Source: a virus. Taken from it: 64,000 bases of DNA. Under the pieces are notes generated by a model. The model did no database searches and was not told where the DNA came from. It saw only the letters and a list, made by a program, of their open reading frames with translations. The DNA is taken from positions 12,272 to 76,271 of the IMG/VR virus record IMGVR_UViG_3300046535_001151; one strand, given 5' to 3'. Within the stretch, counting starts at the first letter, position 1, and every line of letters starts with the position of its first letter. Position numbers and translations under genes: made by a program. Below, in pieces: positions 1 through 9,305 of this stretch.

Positions 1-261
1 GATCGTGTGGTTCTGCCCGGCATCGAACTCGGTGGCGGCGTCAGCCGGATCCAGCGGCTGGGGGGTGACGCTAGTCGAGGTCCCGGCAGCCGTGAATCGC
101 TGGAACACCCACAACATGGGATTGTCCGCGACGGTGCCTTCCGAGCCGACCACCACGTCGTAGATCTTCCCTCGACGGGGACGAGTCGCATCGGCAGCAA
201 CAGACCCTACTGAGAGAGTCGTTGAGCCCGTGCGTTGCATTCTCACAGCGTATGCGGCCAT
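1..261 (-). CDS. Putative virion structural protein (partial, runs off window)
   Basis: Own translation MAAYAVRMQRTGSTTLSVG...PQPLDPADAATEFD; GGAG SD upstream; not in ORF track. Confidence 0.7.
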   Translation of the reverse strand, partial: MAAYAVRMQRTGSTTLSVGSVAADATRPRRGKIYDVVVGSEGTVADNPMLWVFQRFTAAGTSTSVTPQPLDPADAATEFDAGQNHTI

Positions 262-270
262 CAACGTCTC

Positions 271-582
271 CTAATATGGTATACCCAGGATGTGGAGGAC
301 TCCGGAGGTGCCGATCACCCAGAGGTCCGAGAGTTTCACGGGGCCATCGGGGAACGGGCCGATGTACAGCGGTTCCATCGAGGCCGTCTGCGCGAACAGC
401 TTGAACCCGTAGACCGAGGTCGTCAGGCTGCTCGAGGAGCCGATGAAGCAGTCGGTCTCGGTGGTCAGGATGATCTGCCGGTAGGCTTCATCGACTGGAC
501 CGCCCCGCTGGCTCGGACTCAGCACCGAGGACAGTTGCTGGGCCGCGGCCGTGATCGTCAGGTTGAAGGATCGCGCAGCCAT
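271..582 (-). CDS. Small beta-rich virion protein
   Basis: 103 aa, abuts neighbours in structural operon; resembles 56877-57212. Confidence 0.65.
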   Translation of the reverse strand: MAARSFNLTITAAAQQLSSVLSPSQRGGPVDEAYRQIILTTETDCFIGSSSSLTTSVYGFKLFAQTASMEPLYIGPFPDGPVKLSDLWVIGTSGVLHILGIPY

Positions 583-873
583 TTACTTCTGATCGATCGT
601 GCCGGGGTTGCGATCCGTGAGATCCGGCGGCGGCGGAGGATTGTCACTCGGTTCCCACCGGGCCGGCGTTGTGGGCAGGCCACTGACGGGATTCGGGGTT
701 TCCTTGTCGGGAGGCACCTCCACGATCTGTTCCTTCGTCCAGAAGTCGATCAGGCCCGAGGTGCCGCCTGTGTCGATCAGCGGATCGCCGCCACGGTCGG
801 TGACCAAGTCGCCACCGAGGTCCTGTGTCGGGACCGGAGGATTCTGCCAGAGAGGGTTGAAGCTACCAGCCAT
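583..873 (-). CDS. Hypothetical Pro/Asp-rich protein
   Basis: 96 aa, GAGGTG SD, operon-packed. Confidence 0.6.
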   Translation of the reverse strand: MAGSFNPLWQNPPVPTQDLGGDLVTDRGGDPLIDTGGTSGLIDFWTKEQIVEVPPDKETPNPVSGLPTTPARWEPSDNPPPPPDLTDRNPGTIDQK

Positions 874-881
874 GAAGCACC

Positions 882-1823
882 TCAGATGTAATCGGCCACG
901 GTGGCGTCGGTTTGGCGCAGCAGGGACGCGGTCGGGGCAATCGCACCGATACGGCGGGCCCAGTTGACCACGCTGAGCTGCTGCGGATATTCATTGTCGT
1001 CGATCAACGTCAGTCGCTGCTTGGCCGCTTCCCACTGCTGCGAGAGGAGCTGGGCGGCGGCGAGACTGAAGGCCGGATTCTTCAGGTCGGTGGTGCCCGG
1101 CCACTGGGCCGCTTGGTAGCGAATGTAGGTCTTGAACACATCCGCCCGACGAGCAAACACTCCCGGGAGGACATCGGTATCGTTCAGGACCTGTGCCCCC
1201 TTCACGTAGAGGTAGGGGTAGGTTCTGACGGAGGTCGGAGCGGGCCAGTACTCATACTGCACCTGACCCACCGTCGCGGTGGCCGTGGAGTATGCACGCG
1301 CTACGAGGTAGCGTGGCCCTGTGTCACTGATCAGGTGACCAGGATCGGAGGTCGCGATGTCATCCTGGGTCAGCCAGAACGGAATGACTCTCTGGTAGTA
1401 GCGATCGAAGACCACGAGGAACATCCGGAAGTCGGCCGGCATGGTCGCATAACAGTCTTGGATGGTGGCTGAAGCAGCCCCTGAGTCCTCCGTGTAGACC
1501 TCAGACAGGACCGCGTTGCTCGCGTCCGTCACCGTGTCGATGGTGTAGACCGGCAGGCGCGTCACCCGGATCTGTCGCCCCGCATCCGTGGAGAGGAAGC
1601 CTGCCGTGGAGGTGATCGCTTTCGACCCTTGGGTGAAGGTCGTGGTCACGGTTCGTGCGGCCTGAATACTGATCGTGCCTTCGCCACGCAGGAAGGCCCA
1701 GTCCCAGTGATCACACACCTGGGTGAAGGCTTCCTGCGCCCATGATCGAACAAGGAGCGGAGGCACCGCTGGGAGTTCCAGATGTGCCCGCCGCCAGATG
1801 TCCGCGAAGGTCTCAGCCGCCAT
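882..1823 (-). CDS. Head-to-tail adaptor-like protein
   Basis: N-terminal helices ending in WDWAFL, then MPADF and YWPAP motifs typical of adaptor/connector proteins; follows capsid genes. Confidence 0.6.
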   Translation of the reverse strand: MAAETFADIWRRAHLELPAVPPLLVRSWAQEAFTQVCDHWDWAFLRGEGTISIQAARTVTTTFTQGSKAITSTAGFLSTDAGRQIRVTRLPVYTIDTVTDASNAVLSEVYTEDSGAASATIQDCYATMPADFRMFLVVFDRYYQRVIPFWLTQDDIATSDPGHLISDTGPRYLVARAYSTATATVGQVQYEYWPAPTSVRTYPYLYVKGAQVLNDTDVLPGVFARRADVFKTYIRYQAAQWPGTTDLKNPAFSLAAAQLLSQQWEAAKQRLTLIDDNEYPQQLSVVNWARRIGAIAPTASLLRQTDATVADYI

Positions 1824-2135
1824 TTACTTGCCGATGACTTCGATCCGGCCCGTGAACGCCGAGAGATCCGTCGCGTTGGTGACTTCGGTCGCGGTGGCCG
1901 ACAGCCAGATGATCTTCTTGGTCGTCGAGTTCCAGAAGCCGGTGTAGAGATTCGTGCCGTTCCAGATGACCAGCCCAAGGACCGCGGCAATCATGCCGAG
2001 TTGGCACTGTTCTGGAGTCAGCGAATCGCCCCCCGTCGCATAGGACGAGGGGCCGGTGTAGCCGAGGATCCGACGCTCGTAGGCGCCGGACTTGTCGAAT
2101 CCACCTTTGGTGACGTTACGGTCGAGCGTTGCCAT
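1824..2135 (-). CDS. Putative head decoration protein
   Basis: SYATGGD and EVTNATDLS...RIEVIG motifs; position downstream of MCP. Confidence 0.55.
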   Translation of the reverse strand: MATLDRNVTKGGFDKSGAYERRILGYTGPSSYATGGDSLTPEQCQLGMIAAVLGLVIWNGTNLYTGFWNSTTKKIIWLSATATEVTNATDLSAFTGRIEVIGK

Positions 2136-2146
2136 TCACGCCCTCC

Positions 2147-2701
2147 TTAGGTGGTTTGCGGGACGTCGAGGTCGACCACGCCCACGGTGTTCGTGGCATC
2201 GTAGACACCCGCCGAGACGCCCAGCGGTGGATAGGTCGGTGCCGAGGCAGCCGCGAGGCAGTCGGCCTTGGCGTTGGTCGCCGACGGAATGACGAACAGG
2301 CCCGCCACGGTGGGGGCTGCGGTCACCGCGTCGATGAACTTCACCGTGGCCGGTCCACCGGTCTGGATGCACCCGTAGTTGCCCGAGGTGATCGCGTTCT
2401 GGAACACGCCTGCGATACGGCCTCGGCCGAGGGTGGTGACGGTTGTGGTCACCACGTAGCCGGTTTTGTCCGACCACCACGCCACGGCTCCCACGAAGGG
2501 GGCGACCGTCATGGTGGAGTCGGTCTTGACGATCTGGTAGGTCTTCGATCGACCAGATTCCGCGCCCGGTGCGGAGCGGGTGGGCTGGATGACGGTGAAC
2601 CGCATGCCCAGCTGACCCGGGTAGGCGAGGGTCGGGGTGTTTTCTTGTTCGGGATCACCAGACTGTAGAAAGACTGGCTGCATCCCCCAATTGTTCGGCA
2701 T
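2147..2701 (-). CDS. Putative capsid cement/decoration protein
   Basis: Directly after MCP; beta-rich with GNYGCIQTGG motif. Confidence 0.6.
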   Translation of the reverse strand: MPNNWGMQPVFLQSGDPEQENTPTLAYPGQLGMRFTVIQPTRSAPGAESGRSKTYQIVKTDSTMTVAPFVGAVAWWSDKTGYVVTTTVTTLGRGRIAGVFQNAITSGNYGCIQTGGPATVKFIDAVTAAPTVAGLFVIPSATNAKADCLAAASAPTYPPLGVSAGVYDATNTVGVVDLDVPQTT

Positions 2702-2749
2702 CAGAGACTCCTCTAAGTTTGAACCAGTGGAGCGTAGGCTCCAGTCTGA

Positions 2750-3823
2750 TTACGCAGTAATCCCGTGCATGACACGGCTCAGGCGTAGTGCTTTCACCAG
2801 TGGCCCGTTGCCGCCGAAGAGAATCTGACCCGACACCTGGTTGTCGTCGCGAGCGCCTTTGAAGCCGGTGAAGCCGAACGCGAACTTCGCCGACTGCGCG
2901 ATGTAGAGGCGGATGTAGGCGTCGTCACCCTGAGGACCGAAGTTCAGCCACCAGAAGGTCTCGCCAGCGGTCGCGAGGTAGTTGCCGAGATCCGCGTCGT
3001 TGGTGCCGTCCTGCCCCGGGCAGTAGTCGGACATCATGATCGTGGCGCGATCGAACTTCATCCCGGGCCACGCGATTTCCGGCTGCATCGTGTCGATGAC
3101 CTGATGGGGGAGGAAGTTCTCGCTGATGAACCCCATGGCTCGACGAGTGGTCAGACCAACCCCGGGGGCCTCGTTGCCGATGCAGGCCGAGAGGTAGGAG
3201 TGACGCAGGATGCGGTAGGAGATCGACCCCAGGTAGGGGCTGGCGGCGATGTTCGGGGTGGCGATCTGACCCAGCGGAGGCGTCAGGGCTGGCGACACGT
3301 CGGTGCGGGTCTGTCCACCGTAGGAGGGGAACAGGTTGCCGGCCCATGAGGCATTCACCCCGTCGTTCAGGGCTTCCTCGAGGCCGTTCAACTCGAGCGA
3401 GCGGTTGTCACCCACGAGGGCTTGACCGTGGTGGAAGGCCGCGATTTCGAGGATCGCACTCATGGTCAAGCTGGCCTGCGCCATGTCCGTGCGGATCACG
3501 CTGAAGGCTGCCCTCGGGCCCGCCATCTCGACTTCGAGATCTTCCAGGAACTCCGTGACGTTCACCTCGTAGTACCTCGGGGTGAACAGCATGCCCGTGC
3601 GGGTCTGCCGACGGGTGACGTCGAACGAGGCGCCCTTGCCGTAGGCCCCGCCCTTCATCGGCTTGTACATGAAGTTTTCCTGAATCGTCGGGCCGACCCA
3701 CTTCCGGGTGAAGCGAGCCTTGCACATCGCGATCAGGGGACCGGCCTTGAAATAGCCGTCGACCACGCCGGGCGCAATTTCCTTGGTAACGACGGTGTTG
3801 ACATCATCGAGCTGAATCGCCAT
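2750..3823 (-). CDS. Major capsid protein (HK97 fold)
   Basis: 357 aa downstream of scaffold; LNGLEEAL and YGGQTRT motifs; strong AGGAG SD. Confidence 0.85.
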   Translation of the reverse strand: MAIQLDDVNTVVTKEIAPGVVDGYFKAGPLIAMCKARFTRKWVGPTIQENFMYKPMKGGAYGKGASFDVTRRQTRTGMLFTPRYYEVNVTEFLEDLEVEMAGPRAAFSVIRTDMAQASLTMSAILEIAAFHHGQALVGDNRSLELNGLEEALNDGVNASWAGNLFPSYGGQTRTDVSPALTPPLGQIATPNIAASPYLGSISYRILRHSYLSACIGNEAPGVGLTTRRAMGFISENFLPHQVIDTMQPEIAWPGMKFDRATIMMSDYCPGQDGTNDADLGNYLATAGETFWWLNFGPQGDDAYIRLYIAQSAKFAFGFTGFKGARDDNQVSGQILFGGNGPLVKALRLSRVMHGITA

Positions 3824-3853
3824 TGAGACTCCTGTATGCCAACACCACGGTCA

Positions 3854-4615
3854 CTAGCCGCGAGCCGACTGCAGCCGATCGTACTCGGCTACAGCAGTGT
3901 CGACGGTGTGATCGGTCGGCTTGCGATCGGGTTGTTCAAGAATGTCGAGGACCGAGGGCGAGGAGTTTTTCAGGGGGAAGGGCTGATCCCCACCCGACCG
4001 CTTCCGCTCCTCCACGAGCTTGGCCTCGACGAGTTTGTTGATACGCAGATCTTCCTGTTCCTGGGCCTTCTTCTGCAGCGGTTCGGCAAACTTCTGCTGA
4101 TAGGCGTCGAGAATCGGGAGGCGTGACTTCTGGGCGAAGACCACGAGGTCGTTCAGATCGAGGACATCACCAAAGGTCTGGAAATGCTTCAGGCTGAGCG
4201 CATTCGTGGTGTTGAAGTAGGTCGCCGCCGCCCGCTCGCGTTCCTCGATCTTCTTGTCGAAGTCGGCATCGGTCATCCCAGCGGGTTTGTCATCCCGAAC
4301 GACAGTCGGAGGCTGTCCCTTGAGCCGCGCCACTTCAGCGGCCAGCGCGTCGTAGCCTTCTGCCTTCGGTTTGATCGTTTCGAACCAGGTGTTGAGACGG
4401 TCGAAGTCGGAGGTCAGGGTTTCCTCCTTCACCCGGAGGTCGTCCATCATCTTGCTGTAGTCGGCCCGGGCGAGCACACCGTCTCCCACAGCGGTGAGAG
4501 CGTCGGCAGCCTCCGGGGCGGTAAACGCAGATCGAGCAGACTCCCTCAAGTTTTCTGGCAACTTGGCGAGGACTCCCTCAATAAATGCTTTGCCGCTGTC
4601 GAGTGCTTTAGCCAT
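3854..4615 (-). CDS. Capsid scaffolding protein
   Basis: Charged helical/coiled-coil protein immediately upstream of MCP. Confidence 0.7.
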   Translation of the reverse strand: MAKALDSGKAFIEGVLAKLPENLRESARSAFTAPEAADALTAVGDGVLARADYSKMMDDLRVKEETLTSDFDRLNTWFETIKPKAEGYDALAAEVARLKGQPPTVVRDDKPAGMTDADFDKKIEERERAAATYFNTTNALSLKHFQTFGDVLDLNDLVVFAQKSRLPILDAYQQKFAEPLQKKAQEQEDLRINKLVEAKLVEERKRSGGDQPFPLKNSSPSVLDILEQPDRKPTDHTVDTAVAEYDRLQSARG

Positions 4616-4627
4616 GAGAACCTTCTC

Positions 4628-5023
4628 TTATACGGCGCCAGCTCCGGCGATACCTCGGTCCATGCCACCTCCGGGGAAACCCGGGCCAGTGGCGGTTGGA
4701 CTCACAGGGCCAGATCCTGCCTGCATAAGTTTTGCGAGGACAGCCGCGAGGCCATCCTTCAACTGGGCCCAGTCCGCTGCCAGATCGGGAGTGGCTTGGG
4801 CATAACTGTCGAACATCTGCGCGATCGTCTGGGCCGACTGCATGATCCCGGTCAGCATCTCCGGAGGCATTTGATTGCTCGGGACGGCTGGAGGGGTCAG
4901 GGCGGCGAGACTGAACGGAGTGGCAGATCCTGTGGGACCGGCGCCGTTGGCCTGAGGGGATGGCGGAGGTCCGTCCAAGGCGGAGGAACTCTGCGGCATC
5001 GGCGGGGCCATCGAGGGACCCAT
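4628..5023 (-). CDS. Pro/Gly-rich head-associated hypothetical protein
   Basis: 131 aa, TGATG-coupled, between portal and scaffold. Confidence 0.65.
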   Translation of the reverse strand: MGPSMAPPMPQSSSALDGPPPSPQANGAGPTGSATPFSLAALTPPAVPSNQMPPEMLTGIMQSAQTIAQMFDSYAQATPDLAADWAQLKDGLAAVLAKLMQAGSGPVSPTATGPGFPGGGMDRGIAGAGAV

Positions 5024-5232
5024 CAGCGTTTGCCTCCGTGAATCGTGCGGGACATGATCCCCACGGCTCGCTTCACCTTCTTGTGATGCTTCCGCACGCC
5101 AGCCATGCGCTTGGGATCGGCTTGGATCTCGGCAGCGCGGCCCATCGTGCGGTGATCATCCTCGGCTTGGTAGTCGTGCTCGTGCATCGGACCGGCGCCG
5201 ATGGAGGAACAGGAGGCTATTTTCGATCCCAT
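5023..5232 (-). CDS. Small basic hypothetical protein
   Basis: 69 aa, AEDDHRT...RAAEIQADPKRM; TGATG-coupled on both sides. Confidence 0.7.
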   Translation of the reverse strand: MGSKIASCSSIGAGPMHEHDYQAEDDHRTMGRAAEIQADPKRMAGVRKHHKKVKRAVGIMSRTIHGGKR

Positions 5233-5405
5233 CAGCGTTTCCCTGTCGACGCCCGGGCGGGGAGATTCTTCCGCTTGGTCGCCGCGAAATCGTGGAGTTG
5301 GGTGTGGGACATCTTGAGCAGCCCCTTGTTCTTCGACTGGAGCTTCTCGGGATCGTGTTCGGCAATCGCCATCGCGGCCTGTTGAGCCTTGGAGACAGCA
5401 GGCAT
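5232..5405 (-). CDS. DUF3008-like small basic protein
   Basis: Own translation MPAVSKAQQAAMAIAEH...MSHTQLHDFAATKRKNLP (57 aa, below ORF-track cutoff); matches the DUF3008 pattern. Confidence 0.75.
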   Translation of the reverse strand: MPAVSKAQQAAMAIAEHDPEKLQSKNKGLLKMSHTQLHDFAATKRKNLPARASTGKR

Positions 5406-5638
5406 CAGCGGGTCACCTTCCGCTTCGGGAGACGAGGATCCACCCGGCCACGGTTCGGCAGGTTGATGTCCTTGGCGGCGGGAGATTTTCTCGTGGGGAT
5501 CTTCGAGGCGATCAGCTGTTTGCCGCTGTCGATCGCGTTCTGGGTGACCTCGCCGACCTTCGCGATGCCTTGGCCGATCCGCATGAAGGGATCGCTCAGG
5601 GCGAGGTTTAGACCGAGGTCAGTCATGTCGTTGGGCAT
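5405..5638 (-). CDS. Small basic hypothetical protein
   Basis: MPNDMTDLG...RLPKRKVTR; ATG overlaps the previous TGA. Confidence 0.6.
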   Translation of the reverse strand: MPNDMTDLGLNLALSDPFMRIGQGIAKVGEVTQNAIDSGKQLIASKIPTRKSPAAKDINLPNRGRVDPRLPKRKVTR

Positions 5639-5796
5639 CAGCGGCCGTGAACCTTCCGCAACCGAGGATTCCGCTTCTTCGCCACAGACGAGGCATGCCG
5701 GGAGGAATTGGCGAGGATGGCTCCGGCGCGATCCTTCGACACCCCTTCCTTGGCGGCGATCTTCGCTTGGACGGCTTTGAAACCGGGATGATCCAT
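5638..5796 (-). CDS. Small basic phage protein
   Basis: Own translation MDHPGFKAVQAKIAAKEGVSKDRAGAILANSSRHASSVAKKRNPRLRKVHGR (52 aa). Confidence 0.7.
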   Translation of the reverse strand: MDHPGFKAVQAKIAAKEGVSKDRAGAILANSSRHASSVAKKRNPRLRKVHGR

Positions 5797-5907
5797 AATT
5801 CCAGCCCCTGTACGCACAAACAGCCCAGAGACCGGTAGGGGTCGTCTGGGCCGGAGGCGGTGGCACCGCGATGGTCTGCGGGCGCGTCTGTGGGCTACTG
5901 AGCGGCT

Positions 5908-5936
5908 AGTGTGCGGGAGGAGGCTGAGGTTGTCAA
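5908..5936 (-). promoter_or_regulatory. Sigma70-type promoter for head genes
   Basis: Minus strand TTGACA-N17-CACACT in intergenic gap. Confidence 0.6.
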
Positions 5937-5940
5937 GCGG

Positions 5941-6138
5941 TTAGGGAGTCAACTTGATCTGCGGAGCATCGAACTGGGCGATCTTGGCCTCTCCGTTGTG
6001 GAAGTGGAGGGTGATCGGGCCGGTGTAGCGGCGATCATGGAGGGCTTGGAGGAGGGTCGAGAAGTCAGACTCCACCGAGCGCGGTGGCGCGAGGAGTTGG
6101 TCGAGCCGATCGATCAGGACGAGGAGGGGCGGAGTCAT
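5941..6138 (-). CDS. Small hypothetical protein
   Basis: 65 aa, YTGPITLHFHNG motif; overlaps portal stop. Confidence 0.6.
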   Translation of the reverse strand: MTPPLLVLIDRLDQLLAPPRSVESDFSTLLQALHDRRYTGPITLHFHNGEAKIAQFDAPQIKLTP

Positions 6139-8261
6139 TTCTTGGAGGTGGAGATGGTCTGCCGGCCACCGGGTTTGTCACCCTTGGTTTCACTGTGGGC
6201 GGGAGCCTCGTTGGTCGCCTTCCGGCCCTGTGCATTCGCCACCATACCGATACCCAACATCTGCTGAGCCTGTAACCGTTCGGTGATGGTGGTGGGGATG
6301 CGGATCTCCAGGATCTGCCCTGACGGATCCAGCAGGTACTGTTTCCCGCTGGTCGGGTCTACATAGGGCGAGGGCATCTGGCCTTGGAGCAACTGTTGCT
6401 GGGCCTGCATCTGCATCGCCATGACGATCTGGGGATCCACCGGTCTGAGCGGTGGTAACGGGATCGCGGGAGGCGCTCCCACATTCGGGGTTTCCATCAC
6501 CTCGTGGAAGGTCCAGAAATCCACGTAGCCCATGGTGGCCTGCTGCATGGTCTGCATCTTCCGCTCGGTGGCGTGCATGGCGAGGATCGAGTTCGGAGCC
6601 GCCACGAAGATGAACTGCTTCGTCATGAACTGGGCACGCTGATCGGCGGTGGTCAGATCGACGTCCAGTTCAGGGACGTAGCCGGGCTGACCGGGTTTCA
6701 TGGCCGGGACGAGCTTGCCCGGGTCGAAGTCGAAGTCCTCCAGCACCACACCGGCATCGCCGAGGATCATCCTCCGTTTGGTCTGATCGAGGTACTGGAA
6801 GTAGTTGACCTTGGTCATCTCCGCCAGATCGCGCATGAAGGCTTCGACCTGACGGGCCTCCTGGCGGATCTCGGGGGTCAGGGCTTCGTAGTACTTTTCG
6901 ATGGTGTCAGCAGAAGGCAGCTGACGCAGTTGCAGCAACGCTGCCAGATTCGCCGTGCCGCTCAGGTCATTGTGTTTGGTGGTGAGTTTGTCCCACAGTT
7001 CACTACAGAGTTGGAGGGCTTGAGCCGAGGGGCCTTCCTGACGCTTGTAGGCATCGCCGAAGGAGGGATTCACCTTGATCCGCTTACCGGGACGGCGGGG
7101 ATCCAGCCCTCGCATGGTCGATTCGCTGACCGCGTTCCGGTTGTAGATGACATCCGGGTCGATCCACTGCTGGATCCCTAATCTCAGGTCGTTCACGGTG
7201 TCGTTGATCGCATCCTGCACCGGGAGGAGGTCGTTGAACAGAGGAATCCCGAGGAGTTGCCACGGGACGGACCACAACCGTAGTCTGCAGACCGGGAACA
7301 TCCCATGACCATACGTATTGGGGCCGTCATACAGGATGATCTCGTCGGTACTGACCACCAGTCGGCCACGGGGGTACATCGGGGCGTTCGGCTGGACGGT
7401 GTAGGCCCAGGCAGCGCCCGGAGTGCCCATGACGATCGAACGGTTGGTCAGGTTGCGGGTGCGGTCGTGGAAGTAGGTCCGGTAGAGACACACAGACCCT
7501 GCTCGAGCCTGACGCGAGTGTGTTCCAGCCTGTCCGAGGGCATCTAAAGGGTCCGCTGGAGTAAGTAAGCGTGACGCAGCCGTACGGAACTTCCCCATCA
7601 CTCGTCCCAAAGCCGTATCAGTGGCTGGGCGGAAGTAGGGGGCCTTGGTCGGATACATACCCCTGAGGGCGTTGACCGTGTGTTCCTCTCTGAGGGTCAC
7701 GCCTTCCCAGAGTTGGAGGCTTCGGGACTGGGAGGGGCGGATCGGCAGGGTGTCTCGGGGGTCACGGGCTGAGAGGGCATTCGCTCCACCGAAGGGAGCA
7801 TGCGGATCCCAGTCCACCACCAGATCACCGGTTCCAGCAGCCAGACCGTATTTGATGCAGTCGCCCAACTCCAAGTCAGCGAGGGTCGTGACCCATTCCG
7901 CCACGGCATATTTGTTCAGGAGATCCGCCTGCACCTCGTAGGCCGGGTTCATGGTCTTCCAGCCGAAAACAGGCCGAATATCGGTCAGGGCTGAGACATG
8001 GGCTTGGACGGCCTTGCGGGATTCGTTGATCACGACCTGTGGGAGATACTTCAGCCGTTGACGCTCTGGCGACAACTGCTCCCCGACGATGTAGGACAGA
8101 CTGCGGGAGATCTGGTCGTAGGAGGGGTCTGCCCGGTTGATCCGGTCTCCGTCCTGCACCGCTTCCTTGATCCACCCGAGGACTCGGGGATCACCTCGTA
8201 GGAGGGATTCGGCGGTGGTCGGGGGTAGATCGAGGATGCCGGAGCTACTGAATTCGGCCAT
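6135..8261 (-). CDS. Portal protein (P22-like)
   Basis: 708 aa between TerL and scaffold; Gln/Pro-rich C-terminus; WSVPW..LG..LLPVQDAIN segment. Confidence 0.85.
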   Translation of the reverse strand: MAEFSSSGILDLPPTTAESLLRGDPRVLGWIKEAVQDGDRINRADPSYDQISRSLSYIVGEQLSPERQRLKYLPQVVINESRKAVQAHVSALTDIRPVFGWKTMNPAYEVQADLLNKYAVAEWVTTLADLELGDCIKYGLAAGTGDLVVDWDPHAPFGGANALSARDPRDTLPIRPSQSRSLQLWEGVTLREEHTVNALRGMYPTKAPYFRPATDTALGRVMGKFRTAASRLLTPADPLDALGQAGTHSRQARAGSVCLYRTYFHDRTRNLTNRSIVMGTPGAAWAYTVQPNAPMYPRGRLVVSTDEIILYDGPNTYGHGMFPVCRLRLWSVPWQLLGIPLFNDLLPVQDAINDTVNDLRLGIQQWIDPDVIYNRNAVSESTMRGLDPRRPGKRIKVNPSFGDAYKRQEGPSAQALQLCSELWDKLTTKHNDLSGTANLAALLQLRQLPSADTIEKYYEALTPEIRQEARQVEAFMRDLAEMTKVNYFQYLDQTKRRMILGDAGVVLEDFDFDPGKLVPAMKPGQPGYVPELDVDLTTADQRAQFMTKQFIFVAAPNSILAMHATERKMQTMQQATMGYVDFWTFHEVMETPNVGAPPAIPLPPLRPVDPQIVMAMQMQAQQQLLQGQMPSPYVDPTSGKQYLLDPSGQILEIRIPTTITERLQAQQMLGIGMVANAQGRKATNEAPAHSETKGDKPGGRQTISTSKK

Positions 8262-8768
8262 TTACGGTTTCAAGTGATCGAGTGCCGAGGTGTTGGAGTC
8301 GTTCACGCCCGGACCATACGAGTGCTTCGGCTCTGCCTCACCACCGAGCACCTTCGTTGCTCCACGGAGACCCCATTTCCGCTTGGCCTCGGCAGAAGGC
8401 TTCTCCTGGGCGACGTCCCCGAAGGTGTTGTCGAGCCGATTGCCTCGGGTTTGGGAGTAGTTTCTGAAGACGACCTGCTGGCCTTCACCGTTTCGGGCGA
8501 GATCCTCAGATTCCTTCTCGACCTGACGGAGCTTTCTCAGGGAATCGATCTCGACCAGCTCGTTTCGACCATCCCGGCAGGTAAATTTGGGGATCTGGCT
8601 CTGTTCCGAATCCGACCGGCAGTCGAACTGAGCCTGCGGAACCCAGTCCATCGGCCGGCCACAGTCGGGACAGACTGGCGGAGTTGCCTGACCGCCCTCC
8701 TGTACTGATCGGTACTGATCAATGACGGCCACTCGGCAATTCCCGCAAAAATAGTCGTGGTTGGGCAT
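8262..8768 (-). CDS. FmdB-like zinc-ribbon protein
   Basis: MPNHDYFCGNC...CPDCG. Confidence 0.75.
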   Translation of the reverse strand: MPNHDYFCGNCRVAVIDQYRSVQEGGQATPPVCPDCGRPMDWVPQAQFDCRSDSEQSQIPKFTCRDGRNELVEIDSLRKLRQVEKESEDLARNGEGQQVVFRNYSQTRGNRLDNTFGDVAQEKPSAEAKRKWGLRGATKVLGGEAEPKHSYGPGVNDSNTSALDHLKP

Positions 8769-9305
8769 CTAGGACGACCAGATGTCCTGACAAATTTTGT
8801 CAACGATCTGTTTCACGAGGGATTCCACCGAAATTCCCCGTTTGGTGGCGCGGTGGGCCAGTTCTTCCCATTGGCCGGGGGTGAAATCTACGTCAATCGT
8901 GCCGATGGTCAGGTGGGCAAGGCGTGTGGCCGCGGTGACGAGGTGCTGAGGGGTGTCGGTGGATCCAAACCCGAGGGCGCGGGCCACCTCGGCGCGATCC
9001 GCTCCGGTCAGGGTCAGGGCGTGCTCGTCGACCGGGATGTATTCCTGCTGGTAGACGTCGGTCGGGAGGACCGCGAGGACGGTGGATCCCCGGCTGATGA
9101 CCCAGTTGCCGGGATGGCCGAGGGAATTCATCCCGTTGGCAAGGACGAACCGGCCTTCCGACTCGAGCTGGGTGGCGGTCAGGGGTTCCACCTGAATCCG
9201 GGGGCGGACCTGCTTCTTCAGCGGGACCGTCTTAGGCGGAGGAGCGGTCGCTGCCGAAGTAGAGGGCGTCTGGGGCGTCATCGTCGATCCCTTCTCGGGC
9301 ATCAT
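8769..9305 (-). CDS. Hypothetical protein with C-terminal ribbon-helix-helix-like segment
   Basis: VDFTPGQWEELAHRATKRGISVESLVKQIV. Confidence 0.55.
   Translation of the reverse strand: MMPEKGSTMTPQTPSTSAATAPPPKTVPLKKQVRPRIQVEPLTATQLESEGRFVLANGMNSLGHPGNWVISRGSTVLAVLPTDVYQQEYIPVDEHALTLTGADRAEVARALGFGSTDTPQHLVTAATRLAHLTIGTIDVDFTPGQWEELAHRATKRGISVESLVKQIVDKICQDIWSS

Noticed and set aside
2724-2743. TGGAGC/GCTCCA hairpin after MCP as a terminator
   Set aside because: Short stem with no U-tract; cannot be supported
5405-5866. 153-aa track ORF and 5156-5365 ORF
   Set aside because: Better explained by coupled ORFs 5638-5796, 5405-5638 and 5232-5405
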